In this document: positions 15,249 through 28,475 of the stretch, in pieces | Numbering within the stretch: the first letter of the stretch is position 1 | Layout of the letters: each line of letters begins with the position of its first letter | NCBI RefSeq assembly: GCF_006345805.1 | Contig: NC_043001.1 | Location: forward strand, 88,722,001-88,786,000 | DNA: 64,000 nucleotides | Source: Octopus sinensis | Taxonomy: Eukaryota | Reading direction: 5' to 3' | Notes under the pieces: generated by a model | Databases searched by the model: none | Seen by the model: the letters and a program-made list of their open reading frames with translations, nothing else | What the model was told of the DNA's origin: nothing | Program-made: the position numbers and the translations under genes

Positions 15249-18200
15249 AATATAGGTATCTGTATAAATACATATAAATATGTGTATGTGCATATATGTG
15301 TGTATATATATGAGTACGTGTGCATGTGTGTACAACTGAAACAGCATTAGATTAAATTGATGATGTGCATAACATTTTTGCTATATATATATACAGAACA
15401 GCGCTAACCATAATATTGTTTCAGAGAAACTTCTCTTCAGAGACTCTGTGTGTCAAAAACAGAACATGCTAAGAATGTCATTAGTGTATCATTAGACATT
15501 GGGGTTTTGGTTTGATTTACCAACCTTCAGTGACCAACACCCTGATCTTTCTGAGTTAAGTCAGAATTTTTGTTCCACTATAGAAATCAGTAAAAAAAAA
15601 TATTTGCAGAAGCTGACCAAACTTAGATTAAAACAGTGTATCCATTTAAAGTAGTATTTGATTAAAATATACAAATGTAGAATGAGGTTAACTGAAATAT
15701 TTAATACACAAAGTCTCTCTAAGAGACTATTTCATATACTGACCACCTACTTTATCATATCCATTATTGCAAACTGACCACACACTAATTTAAAAGAACT
15801 CCATAAACAACAAGCTGTAATGACCTGTTGAGTATTAGTGAAAATGATAGCATGTGTGCATGCAAGTAATAAAACTGAAGCTATCTACTCTGATCAACTA
15901 TAGTGTTTATCAAACAAACTATGGAACAGAATCTACACTTACTAGTCAAAGTCTGAAGTTTCAGTCTCTGCCTCCAACACAAACATTCTCCAATTAACAT
16001 CATCAATCAATTGACAAGAACCTCATCACCTTTATTCAGTTAACAGCCTATGGTTCCTCATTTCACAATTATTCTGTTATGTGTATATATTTTGCTTTTC
16101 TCCATATATCTTCAGTTAAGTTTTCTTCCTCCACATCTTTTTCCACCTCTCTCTTGTTATCTCCCTCTTTTTCTTCTCTCTCTCTCTCTTTCTCTCTCTC
16201 TCATTACATGCATTTTAATATTTCATCTTGTGAGCCATTTATCTTTCCTATCCCATCCACATTATTTTCTTGACATTCTGTTTTTCCTGTAAATCAATTT
16301 GAAATTATTGTATTAATTATTCACTGAGTTTCTTATATCATAACTATGTGATTAATTAATATTAATTCTCTGCACATATCAGTTGGTTCAAGACTACTGC
16401 TTAGAATGGAAATAGTGATACTTGTATTAGTATAAGTTGTTTAAGAATCCGCAAATACACCAAGGGAAGCAATCTTGAGATGCATGATCTGAGTTTACTT
16501 AGTTTCTTCATGGTTATATGTCCATTGAGCTTATCAGTTTACATTCTCTGTATCCCTTAAACTCCCACCCATTCTTTCTTGTGTGTGTGTGTCTTTTTTC
16601 TTTTTCTCTTCCTTTTCTTTTTTCTTTTTCTTTAATCTCTCATTACTGCTTCAGCTTCCATGAAGATCGCATGCAAATCAGAGTTGCTTTATGAAAGACA
16701 CCTGGACAACTTACAAGCAGAAGCCTGGTTAAATTTTGTGATAAATGCGTCTAATATTTATATAAATGTCTTGGCATTAAATAATGATTTTTTTAATGTT
16801 GTAAGCCATATCATAGTTCTGGACTTAACTCTTGACCACTGTTGTGGCTAAGTCTTGAATGCCATGTAAACGCTATTTGAATAGTGTTCTTTGGGACTGA
16901 AAAACAGGAATTAAGCATTCTTCCGTGTGAGAAACAAAGTTTAGCCTCATTATAGAAAGAACTTCTTGTCAAAAGACTTATTTTTCATGATTTGTCAAGT
17001 GAGTTTCTTTGGGTTCTTTCCTTCCTTCAATTTTCAAGCATTTTGGTGGCTAATACTTCAAGTGATGAGTTAGAATTCAGTGATATTATGTATTAACAAT
17101 TGACTTATTATTATTTATGAAATTATTTATTTATTATTTAGTTAGTGGAAGAGTGATTGGACTTGGAGAAAAGAATTAATGTAATATTTCAGTGTCATCT
17201 GTATGCACCAGCAGGGAATTTATATTGGGATTTATTGATTCTAAGCAGTAGTGTGATTACATATTTAATCATTATGTTAATGATTAATCTACTGATATAT
17301 TTTAAATGTATAGTATCTGCATGTGGGTAAGTTTATGAGGTGTGTCTAATTATTGAAATAACAGTATTTGTTGGTGAGGCTGGTCTTACAAAACATTTAA
17401 ATGGAGGATATGAAGGCATACTTCAGAATGCTTTTTCTCATGGGAGTTGTGCAGCTTCCAAGTTATAGAAACTACTGAAGACAATAAAACAATACCCAAG
17501 ACAATTAACCATTACCCAAGAATCAGTATCTCATAAAAAATACACAGACTCATACATGTAATCATCTTATCTGTATTCAACCTTCATAGATAAGTGAAAG
17601 TAACATGACAACAGGTAAAAACCATATTTATTATATACATCAACAATCATAACATCTTATCACCAAATTTTATCCAAATTCATGCAATAGTTATATTTTT
17701 TTTATAATTTTTATATTGGATTAACTGCATTTCATCAAAATCTCCAGATTTTAACAGGATTGAGAGATTTATATAGAGAAAGCACTCTATATATAGAGTC
17801 AAAGTATCTTTGTTAGACTTACTGGATTGGGGGTTAGTATTAATTGCAGAATGCACAGCCGGTATTTATAATGCAGTGCAGTTCCTAATTGTTTTCTTTG
17901 TTGTTTACAATATTTTTTTTTATGCTAATATAAATTCGATGGGATTTTTGTTGTTGTTGGGTTTTTTTTTCTTTCTTGCTGCAGCAACTACTTTTACATC
18001 TGGATGCAATTCCTATTGCAAATGACAGATATGAAATAAAAGTGGGATCATTGTTAGGCTAAGAGGAACAGAGATGTGATGTTACTTGTCCAGAAGCACA
18101 CTGTGATATGCTTGTTATAAGACACACATGAATGTGTATTTACACATATCAGTGCATTTTATCACAGTACCAAGAAGAGTGGTTATCATGCTGTCAACAA

Positions 18201-18822
18201 GACCAAAAACTTCTCTCTTTAGCTTATGTTGTCTCTGTCTTTCTCCAACCTATTTACAGATTGCATTTGGTGCATTTTATCATAGCACCACCACTAGAGA
18301 GGTTGCCACTGCAAACTAATCAGTTCTCTTTGTCTCTATTCAAGGCAAATGTAACTGACAAGATGAGTAGAAGAGAGTGTGGTGACCAAGAGTGTGAATG
18401 GTAGGAACGTGATAGGGGAAATAAAGTGATAGAAACTAGAAAGTGCTAGGGAGAGAAATGAAAGGAAAACTGTACTAAACATACAAATTATTGATAGGGA
18501 GATTGGATAGAAAAACAACTTTATGTGTATATACACTGACATACATATATGTATATACCGTGTACATGTGTACAGAATATATATACATTTGTATGTTATA
18601 TATATGAATGTATATAAATATATGTGTTCATGTTATGCGTATGTATGTGTGTGTAAACACACACATAGATACATATATATATATCCAAACACACACACAT
18701 ATACATATGCTTATATATGTGTGTATTCATATATACATACACTTACATATATGTATGTAATGTATGTATATGCATATTTATATTTGTATACATATATGCA
18801 GAATATATGTCTGTGTGTGTGG

Positions 18823-18856
<34 letters not shown>

Positions 18857-19597
18857 GCACAGGTATGACTGTATGGCTAAGAACTTTTCTATGCTACCAC
18901 ATAGTTTCAGGGTCAATTTCACTGCTCAGCGCCTTGGAGACGTTTTTTATACTGTATCCACAGGTTAACCAAAGTCTTGTGAGTGAATTCAGCAAATGGA
19001 ATCTGAAAAAATTTTGCTGCATGTTTGCATAGGTATTTGTCTGTATATGAGTGTGTATCTCTTCTCTCAACAGCACATGTAAATTATAAAAGTCCCATTG
19101 TCATACAAGTAGTATCATTCAAAACAAGGTAATGTTTTCCTTAGGACCTTCAAATGCATACATTACAATGGCTGGATATGTACTGTGTTCAAATCGACTA
19201 GGGAAATATTACATTACTGAGAAACAGCTTAGACTTGGCAACTGAAAGGGCATTCAGCTATAGAAAATCTGCCTCAATGAGTTTTGTCTGACCCTTGAAA
19301 GTGTGTGTGTATAGAATATATGTGTGTATATATTTTCCTTAATTGTCTATAAGTCAGAATAAAAAGCACATACAATATAATACAGCAGGTATATCTTTAT
19401 ATCACCAAGCAATATTTTACTGATTATGACATACAACTAATCAGAATGTTACTGTTGGTATTCATGTCATATATTGCCACTACAATATTCTGACGAGTTA
19501 TCAATCATAACCAGTAATATATTGCTTAACATGATGTTTGTCTGTCTGCTTATGTATCTATCTATTTATCTATATATATATATATATATATATATAT

Positions 19598-19835
19598 TAA
19601 GTGTAGGAAAAAATGGAGCTGAACGAAGATTTAACAAAATTCCTTTTTATTATTTTCTACATATGTTTCGAAGGCTGCAAAGTCCCTAATTCGGATTGAA
19701 TAAGGAGTCCATTTTGCAGCCTTCTCTTCAGGAAAATTCAGGAACTTAATTTTCCAACAAAATGCACAACAAGCTTTTCGACAAACGCTCACGAGGAGCC
19801 CATGAAATTTATTTCATGGGCTCCTCGTGAGCCCA
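19598..19835 (-). mobile_element. Short non-autonomous Penelope-like (pLTR-type) fragment with hammerhead and terminal 21-bp fold-back, inserted in (TA)n
   Basis: Unique sequence bounded by (TA)n on both sides. Contains the hammerhead at 19653-19736 and the perfect inverted repeat 19787-19807 / 19812-19832. Confidence 0.6.
19653..19736 (-). ncRNA. Type I hammerhead ribozyme, Penelope-type minimal variant with extended stem II
   Basis: Minus strand reads TTTTC CTGAAGA G-AAGGCTGCAAA (31-nt loop) TTTGCAGCCTT-C GAAA CATATG TA|GAAAA. All core nucleotides are present, with a 5-bp stem I, a perfect 12-bp stem II, a palindromic stem III and a GUA cleavage triplet. Confidence 0.85.
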
Positions 19836-19839
19836 TATA

Positions 19840-19870
19840 TATTTTGTATATATGTATATTATATATATAT

Positions 19871-19907
<37 letters not shown>

Positions 19908-20034
19908 TAATATATAGTATATATATATGTATATATATATGTATATATATATATTATGTATATATATATGTATGTATATATATATGTATGTATATATATA
20001 TGTATGTATATATGTATATATGTATGTATATATG

Positions 20035-20067
<33 letters not shown>

Positions 20068-20397
20068 TGTATATATATATGTATATATATATATGTATAT
20101 ATATATATGTATATATTATATAGTATATATATATTATATATGTATATATATATATGTATATGTATATGTATATGTATATATATATTGTATATGTATATGA
20201 TATGTATATATATATGTATATGTATATAATATATATGTATATGTATATTATATAGATATATACATGTATATATATATTATACATGTATATATATATGTAT
20301 ATATATATAGTATATATATAATATACATGTATATATATATTACATGTATATATATATGTATATATATATATATATGTATATATATATGTATATTAAC

Positions 20398-20428
<31 letters not shown>

Positions 20429-20437
20429 ATATATATG

Positions 20438-20472
<35 letters not shown>

Positions 20473-20546
20473 GTATGTATAATATATATGTATATATATA
20501 TATAGTATATATATATATATAATATATATCTATATATATATATATA

Positions 20547-20608
<62 letters not shown>

Positions 20609-20907
20609 GTATATACATATGTATATACATATGTATATACATATATATATGTATATATTATATGTATATATATATGTATATACATATATATATATGTATA
20701 TATGTATATATATATTATATACATATATATATATGTATATGTATATATATATATGTATATATATATATGTTATATATATATATGTATGTATTATATATAT
20801 ATGTATATATATATGTATATATATATATGTATATATATATGTATATATATATGTATATATGTATATATATATGTGTATATATATATGTATATATATATGT
20901 ATATATG

Positions 20908-20942
<35 letters not shown>

Positions 20943-21436
20943 GTATTATACATATATTATATATATATATGTATATATATATGTATATACATATATATAT
21001 GTATATATATATGTATATATATATATGTAATATGTATATATATATGTATATGTATTATATATATGTATATAATATGTATATACATATATATACGTATATT
21101 ATAGTATATATTATGTATATACATATATATACGTCTATATATAGATAATATGTGTATATATATGTGTATATACAGATATATACGTATATATATATAATAT
21201 ATGTATATATATGTATATATATGTATATGAATCTATATGTATATAATGTATATACATATAGTACGTATATATATATATGTATATATATATGTATATACGT
21301 ATTATATATATATATATTATATATTGTATATATATATGCTATACATATATACGTATATTAATATATATATATATATATATATATGATATATATAGTATAT
21401 ATATATGTTATATATATAGTATATATATTATATACG

Positions 21437-21469
<33 letters not shown>

Positions 21470-21592
21470 TATATATGTATATATATATGTATATACATAT
21501 ATATACGTATATATATATATATATGTATATACATATATATACGTATATATGTATATATATATGTATATATATAGTTATATACATATATATAC

Positions 21593-21623
<31 letters not shown>

Positions 21624-21800
21624 GTATATATATATGTATATAACATATATATACGTATATATATGTATATACATATATATATACGTATATATATATATAT
21701 ATGTATATATATATGTATATATATATGTATATACATATATATACGTATATATATTATATATATGTATATATATATGTATGTATATATGTATATATATATA
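19840..21800. repeat. About 2-kb compound (TA)n/(TATG)n microsatellite
   Basis: Almost pure TA with interspersed G and C. Similar smaller arrays lie at 5990-6450, 13840-14340 and 43960-44830. Confidence 0.98.
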
Positions 21801-22090
21801 TATAATATTAATTAGAGACAAAACCACTATTATGCAAATCAAACAAAGAAGACTTAATCCACACATAAAATTTAAAAAATTTTATAAAATAAATATAATT
21901 AAGATTAATTATTATATTTAATTTATATAAAAATTTTTATGTATTGGATTAAGTCTTTCTTTGTTTGATTTGCAATATAATGGTTTTGTCTCTAATTAAT
22001 ATTATATTATATTTTATTATAAATTTGGATTCAATTATAAATCTGATTTTCCCTGTAAATTTGGATTTATTCCCTAATATTTATTATTAT
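21801..22090. mobile_element. AT-rich fold-back element (about 100-bp inverted arms, right arm extended)
   Basis: tataatattaattagagacaaaacca (21801-21826) is the exact reverse complement of 21981-22006, and the arms stay similar inward. Flanked by (TA)n. Confidence 0.65.
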
Positions 22091-22127
<37 letters not shown>

Positions 22128-22131
<4 letters not shown>

Positions 22132-22440
22132 TTAGTGGTTAGGGTATTCGTCTCACGATTGTAAGGTTGTGACTTTGATTCCTAGTGATGCATTATGTCC
22201 CTGAGCAAGACACTTTATTTCACACTGATCCAGTCTACTCAGCTGGCAAAACTGAGTCACACTTGTATTTCAGAAGGCCAGCCTTGTCACATTTGGGGTC
22301 ACACTGAACTTCCTTAAGAATTGCATTAAGAGTACGCATGTCTGTGGAGTGCTCAGCCACTTGTACATTAATTTCACAAGTAAGCTCATCTGTGGATCAG
22401 ATCAACTGAAACACTCACTGTTGCAGTTGACATAGTGCCA
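22128..22440 (+). mobile_element. tRNA-derived SINE (second family)
   Basis: Head ggcttagtggttagggtattcg...ttgattcc, then tgtccctgagcaagacacttt. A related decayed copy lies at about 28760-29040. Confidence 0.65.
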
Positions 22441-23045
22441 GTTATTTGTGACACTGCTGGATCAGATTGCACTGCCCAGGTGTCAAAACCATAGTGATAT
22501 CTGTTTGACAGCTAATGATGAGAATACACATTTGTTATGCTTGATTGTGGATTTCTTGTATCTTAGTCTTCTTATTTTGAGTTGTCTTTCATTCTTGTTA
22601 AGTAGAAAGTGCCACTTACATTGGTATTTTTTGGTTTTATTCATAGGTTATCTAATTAGGCTTAGATTATACTTGGATATTGGTGTCTAGTTTTGTGAGG
22701 TTCTGTAGCATGTGTGTGTGTGTGTGTAATGTGTTTTACTTGTATTATTTCATGGTAACATGGGTTTGACAAATATATTATTGAGGCATTGTTTTACTGT
22801 CTGATGCCCTTCCTATCACTAACTACTACTTGTTTTTCAAGTTACTCGTCTTTTATTCATCTCATCTTCTCAGTGCAAATGTAAACAAACACGTGCATAC
22901 ACTCATACATACACATACTCACACATACACACATATGCATACATGTATGTGTGACTGATTTCTTTTATCACTGTCTCGCAAGACATTTACCCAAGGTACC
23001 ATGCAGTGAGACCAAACATATGTGGTTGGGAAGCAAACTTAACTA

Positions 23046-23234
<189 letters not shown>

Positions 23235-23298
23235 TCATATTGACCAATGGTTTCGCATCCATAAAGTGCCTAGCTCCATGGAATCTTATCAGACTCTA
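23235..23298 (-). ncRNA. Degenerate hammerhead copy in the left arm of the palindrome
   Basis: Minus strand reads TAGAGT CTGATAA G...C GAAA CCATTGG TC AATATG. The G8 to A core change and broken stem I make it probably inactive. Confidence 0.45.
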
Positions 23299-23500
23299 AA
23301 GACAAGCACATATATGACTTAATTCTACAAGGTAGGAATCTGCTAGTTATTAAGTACTCAAAGAATAAACAATCTGGGTTGGTGAGGAGATAACCCATCC
23401 TCACCAAACTGGATTGCTTATTCTTTGGTTACTTAATAGCTGATTGACTGTAACAGATTCCTACCTCCCAGAGTTGAAGAGTTATACATGTCTTCAGCTT

Positions 23501-23564
23501 TAGAGTCTGATGAGCCATCCGTGAGGTTAGGCCCTTTATGGCTATGAAACCATTGGTCACTCTA
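23501..23564 (+). ncRNA. Type I hammerhead-like motif, sense to the CaMKII pre-mRNA (core interrupted by 3 extra nt)
   Basis: TAGAGT CTGATGA GCCAT...ATGGC TAT GAAA CC ATT GG TC|ACTCTA: 6-bp stem I, 5-bp stem II, short stem III and GUC triplet. An extra TAT separates stem II from GAAA. Confidence 0.6.
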
Positions 23565-23774
23565 TGACCAGGCATAGACTTAACTGCTTGGAAATACATT
23601 ACTGCTCTATGCTTTAGAGTGTGCTTCTTTTTCGGATAGATGATACTTTGATGATATATATGTATATATACATCATTATACATATATATATATAGGGAGA
23701 GTTTACGAAAAAACAAAAGACGAAGACAGGTGGTGTACAAAACAAACAGATGTATTAGTATATACATACATGCA

Positions 23775-23806
<32 letters not shown>

Positions 23807-24601
23807 TACACACAGACATGCATGTACTCATATAGATAGAAAGATAAGATTTGATATATATATATATATTGAGAAAATGTATGTAGTATTGATAGTATTG
23901 AGAATTTGAATTAAAGAATGCATGGCAATGTAACCTTTTTTTTATATCATAAAATAGATGACATTCTGTGCTTTCTTTAAGTATTTCAAGCCATAATGTA
24001 CTCTTTCTTCATTATGATACCAAATATTATGAATGAGCTGAAATAACTTTTGATCCCATGTATTTCACACCTATTTTTATCCTGCTGCATTACGAAGAAG
24101 AGTTTTTTCTATGCTTGAAAAATGTAAGAGAAAATTTAATGTCATTTATTTTATGAAAAATCATTTATATTGCCACAGCTTCTATTGTTCAGATGTAATA
24201 TATATTTATATACATATCTGAATTTAAACTAATTTGCACTGATATTTTCATTATGTATTATTTGCTATTCATTACAAATTGCTCTGTTCTTTATAACACA
24301 AGCAACTTCTTTAGTTATCCATTATGACCATAATACATCCTTACTTTTCATAAGCTATCCCATATTTTTGTAAGAATACCATATTATCCATAAGAGAACC
24401 ATATTCCACATGTGGATAGCATGAACTAGCTGTGACTATTACACTGTGTTTGCTGAAGGACAACTGAAGACTTACTCTAGAATGTTTAGCTGTGCCAGCA
24501 GTAGCGGCTTTAAACAAACTAACTGTCCAGCCAGCTTGCCAGCTCACTAGCCCATGAATTGGTGGTTTTAATGCCCTGTTTTACTCTTCTCTTTACTGAA
24601 G

Positions 24602-24712
24602 CTAAATACTGTCATAGAGACACAATATCTAAGAATGATGGAATATTGGAATATTGTATCCCTCGGACTCCCACCATCGTAGAACAAGGCAAATTTCCTG
24701 CTGACAACCCTG
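24602..24712 (+). CDS. CaMKII: Candidate alternative cassette exon in the CaMKII hub: (A)KYCHRDTISKNDGILEYCIPRTPTIVEQGKFPADNP
   Basis: 111 nt (multiple of 3), phase 1 to phase 1, matching the flanking exons, and stop-free in that frame. Pyrimidine tract ttttactcttctctttactgaAG and consensus donor TG|GTAAGT. No transcript evidence is available. Confidence 0.6.
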
Positions 24713-27169
24713 GTAAGTGCTGAACCTGATGATCATAATGATGATGCTGGTGATGATGATGATGCTGATGCTGATGACTGATCATAGGTGGCTCATTGCT
24801 ACAGCTAGATATCTTAGGCAGCTACTGCTTCATCTTCTTGTCCTTGTTGTCTTTCGCCTCCTACTTCCTCTTCCTAAACTCTATCACCTCTTCTGTTTTG
24901 TATTTATTTGTACTGGCTGAGGTGTTCCCTGTGTATTTTGCCCTCCCCCATTCGTCATCCTGATTGCTTATCTTATAACAACAAGTATACATTGCAGTGA
25001 TGTGATAGTTCTAAAGCATGGCTTCTTTTCAAAGAAAGGTTTTCACAATGAAGACATACAACATTGAGGCAGGTTGTGATAAGATTTCACCTGCAGAGTA
25101 AGTAATATAGAAACAAGATATTTTACATTAAAGTGGTATAAATGTCATTTTGAAAAAGAATATGTGACATTGGGGTGGGATATAACTTTGATGTGGAATA
25201 CATAAGGATCAAGTAAAATAAATGACAAAAATAGGATATCTCATTTGAAAGCAGTAATGCACCATCAAGGTAGGCTATACAACTCTGAGGTAAAATATAT
25301 GGCATTAAGAAGGGGTTATGACACAGAAATAGGTTATCTTATGGGTATCACATTGGAATAGTATATAGGACTATGAAATGATATATATGAGACTGAGTTG
25401 ACATTCATGTCAAGTATACAGTTATAAGACTTTTCACAGGTAAATTTTGTTACTGAATGTGAAGCTTTTAGATTGAGGTCCTAGAGCATTAAACATTAAC
25501 CCCATGAAGCTCATTTACTTCTTTCTCATAAACTACTAATGTATATCAGAGTGAAAAAATGGAAAGAAGTTGTGGACAATTGGGTTGGTAGGATGAAATC
25601 TAAAAAGGTGAAAACTGTTAACAGCCCAGACCACTTCATTGTAAGTAGACATCACAGTGTATTTTCAGTTCAATGTACTGTGTCCATAATCAAGATATGA
25701 CTTTCAACAGTGCAATCTATGTAAGTGTAAGTAGGTACCATATTGTGGTGTACTTTGCAGTACTGTGACCAACAGCATAATTGTGGAACTGAGGAATGCT
25801 TAGATAGCTAAGTTTAAATCTTCCCATGGGAAAATGATTGACCTATATATTATCCAGAGAAACATTTAGTTTTTATTCATTTAGTACTATGGAAACTAAG
25901 ATCGAACCTATAGATGCTTATTATTCACAAACGATTCGCATAATGGTGGCAGTGAATAATGTCCAAAATGACATTACTTACAGTATTGGTATGGTGAGCT
26001 GGTTGTTGAACTAAGGCTTTCAGAGTTTAGATGTGTAGCACTCTGAGTTATATAGGCTAATAGCACTGCCACATATCTGTATTGTAGATCAATTGTATGG
26101 AAGTATTAGTACATCCATGCTATTATTACTGCCAGACATTCATCTACATATACACAGATTCACTGAACACATACACACACAAATAAATTTGTAAACACAT
26201 ATTTGCGTATAGATTTTCAGGGTATTTCCTTTCATTATGTTAGGTATATTTATAAATTATGACATATTCCAACATTTCATTGAGGTTGCTGGTTGTTACA
26301 AGATAATTTGATGGAATGTATTAGTAACTAATTCTTGCATAACTTGGATGTCTAACAATAACCTTGTTCAAAGTGAAATTGTTTTCTAGACTTTTCATTG
26401 ATAATCTTAACAATTAAATTGTTTTTTATATTTTAAACTATAATAGTTAATTACATTAAAAACTTTTCATTACTGTTACTTATTTTAATAAGATTTTGAT
26501 GATGAAAGCTACAATAAAACTTCAACAGAATTCCAGCTAATAACTTAGAAGAATGGCAAAAATAGAGACTTAGTCCAGCACTCTTCCTATCTCTTTCAAT
26601 TCCAGCAACCTCATATTTTAAAATGTTAAATTAGAAGCACCTTTTACATAGAAATTTCTCTATCATATTACTGCAATATATTTGTTGTTGCTGCTATTGT
26701 TGTTGTTGTTATTTGAATTGTTCCTCAGTTTTTGTCATGTTCATTTTTTGTTTGTTTGTTTTTTTTTCCATTTGTTTTCAATAGTTTTGTTTTGTTTTTT
26801 GCTGAAACGTCTAGCTTCCAAAGTAGTTTAAATCCATAGTTAAAAGCACAGAGTTCTGTTAGGTTGGAATGCTCAAGAAAAAAGAATGGAATTTTGTTTA
26901 TTTAAAACTTATAATCCAGGTTTGGTATCTGTGTTAATGTCCAGCCTTGTTTAATTCATTTATCATCCATCATCATACAGCCCAGATGCTTCATACTAGT
27001 TCACACTAAAAAAAATCCATCAACAAATGGCCCAAACACACATGTCTACATCATACTATGTTATATCTACACATTTCTTCACAATAAACGTTCAAATGGT
27101 AAGTCAAACAGTAGTCAGATTTTCTGTAGTAAAGCATGCTACACTAACTATAATTAACCAAAATACAGA

Positions 27170-27229
<60 letters not shown>

Positions 27230-27294
27230 TATCTTTGTATACGTATGTGTGTTTGTTTATATATATGTGTGTAGTATGTATACATGTTTGTGTG

Positions 27295-27332
<38 letters not shown>

Positions 27333-27972
27333 TATGTATGTTTATGTATGTAGGTGTGAAAGTGTGTGTTACATCCTTTTTTCCATGCTTCCGTGGGTTG
27401 GATGAATATGTTATTTTAGTTATTGTTTTACAGCCAGATGTGTTTCCTAATGCTAACCCTTACCTGTTCTCAAGAGAGGGATCTTTTATTCCACACAGCT
27501 TCAAAGGCATGAAATGACCAGATAATCCGTTGATTGGAGAACAATAACAGCACAACCACTGCAACATTCATACAAATGATCACAGATATAAACAAGCACA
27601 TACATGCCATGCACACTCATATTTAGTTTCAGTTTAATCTATTGATTACAAACATGAATAGAACTAAGGATTGCCAGACATACTTCCACATAACACAATT
27701 TCTACATCTTTAAATGAGTTTTGTTAGAATTATCACCCTTCCTCCCATGCATGCACATCCATCCAGGTCAATACACCCTTATATGACCTGTAAATTGTTT
27801 TCAATTCCAGTTACTAAGAGCCCAGTCTGAAGCAAAACACTGAGTAGACTGTCTCCTTTTGATAATAAAAAATACCTATCCACTCTACCCTGCTTATGCA
27901 CTTCTATATCAAATTATGTATGAATTACATAAAATACATTTTAAAGTATTATATAACTCTACATTATAATTT

Positions 27973-28021
<49 letters not shown>

Positions 28022-28262
28022 GTAATGTGGTAGGTAGAGCATAACATATAACCAATATTTAGAACTCTATTAGATTATAGTTCAAAATTTCCATTCATGA
28101 AGAGAAATATAATTATTAATCTAAATGTCTTCCTAAAGGTATATATATATATATATATGTGTGTGTAATCAAAATAAGCAACAATTATAATCACCTTATT
28201 TTAAATTGTATGGATAATACCATACTAAATTCTGGTTCCTCAACTTAAGTACCATATTCATC

Positions 28263-28298
<36 letters not shown>

Positions 28299-28308
28299 AA
28301 AATGACAT

Positions 28309-28475
28309 GACAAAGGAATAAATGATGATTTTATGAACTTCATTAGCTTACAGCTATTTCTGTAATAAGATGCTGTGGACTCATAGTTGAGTGCCTGACA
28401 GTTCACTGCATCTTATAGCAGAAACAGCTGTAAGCTAATAAGGTTTATAAGATAATCATTTACTTCTTTGTTATC
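28309..28475. mobile_element. Hairpin MITE-like element (about 65-bp imperfect arms)
   Basis: cattagcttacagctatttctgtaataagatgc pairs with gcatcttatagcagaaacagctgtaagctaat around a 34-nt spacer. Confidence 0.7.

Noticed and set aside
19483-19535. CTGACGA-GTTAT-caatc-ATAAC with flanking caatat/atattg
   Set aside because: Lacks GAAA and stem III. At most a deleted remnant, and could be chance in AT-rich DNA.
22128-22200. tRNA gene
   Set aside because: It has only box A/B-like remnants without a cloverleaf and continues into a SINE body.
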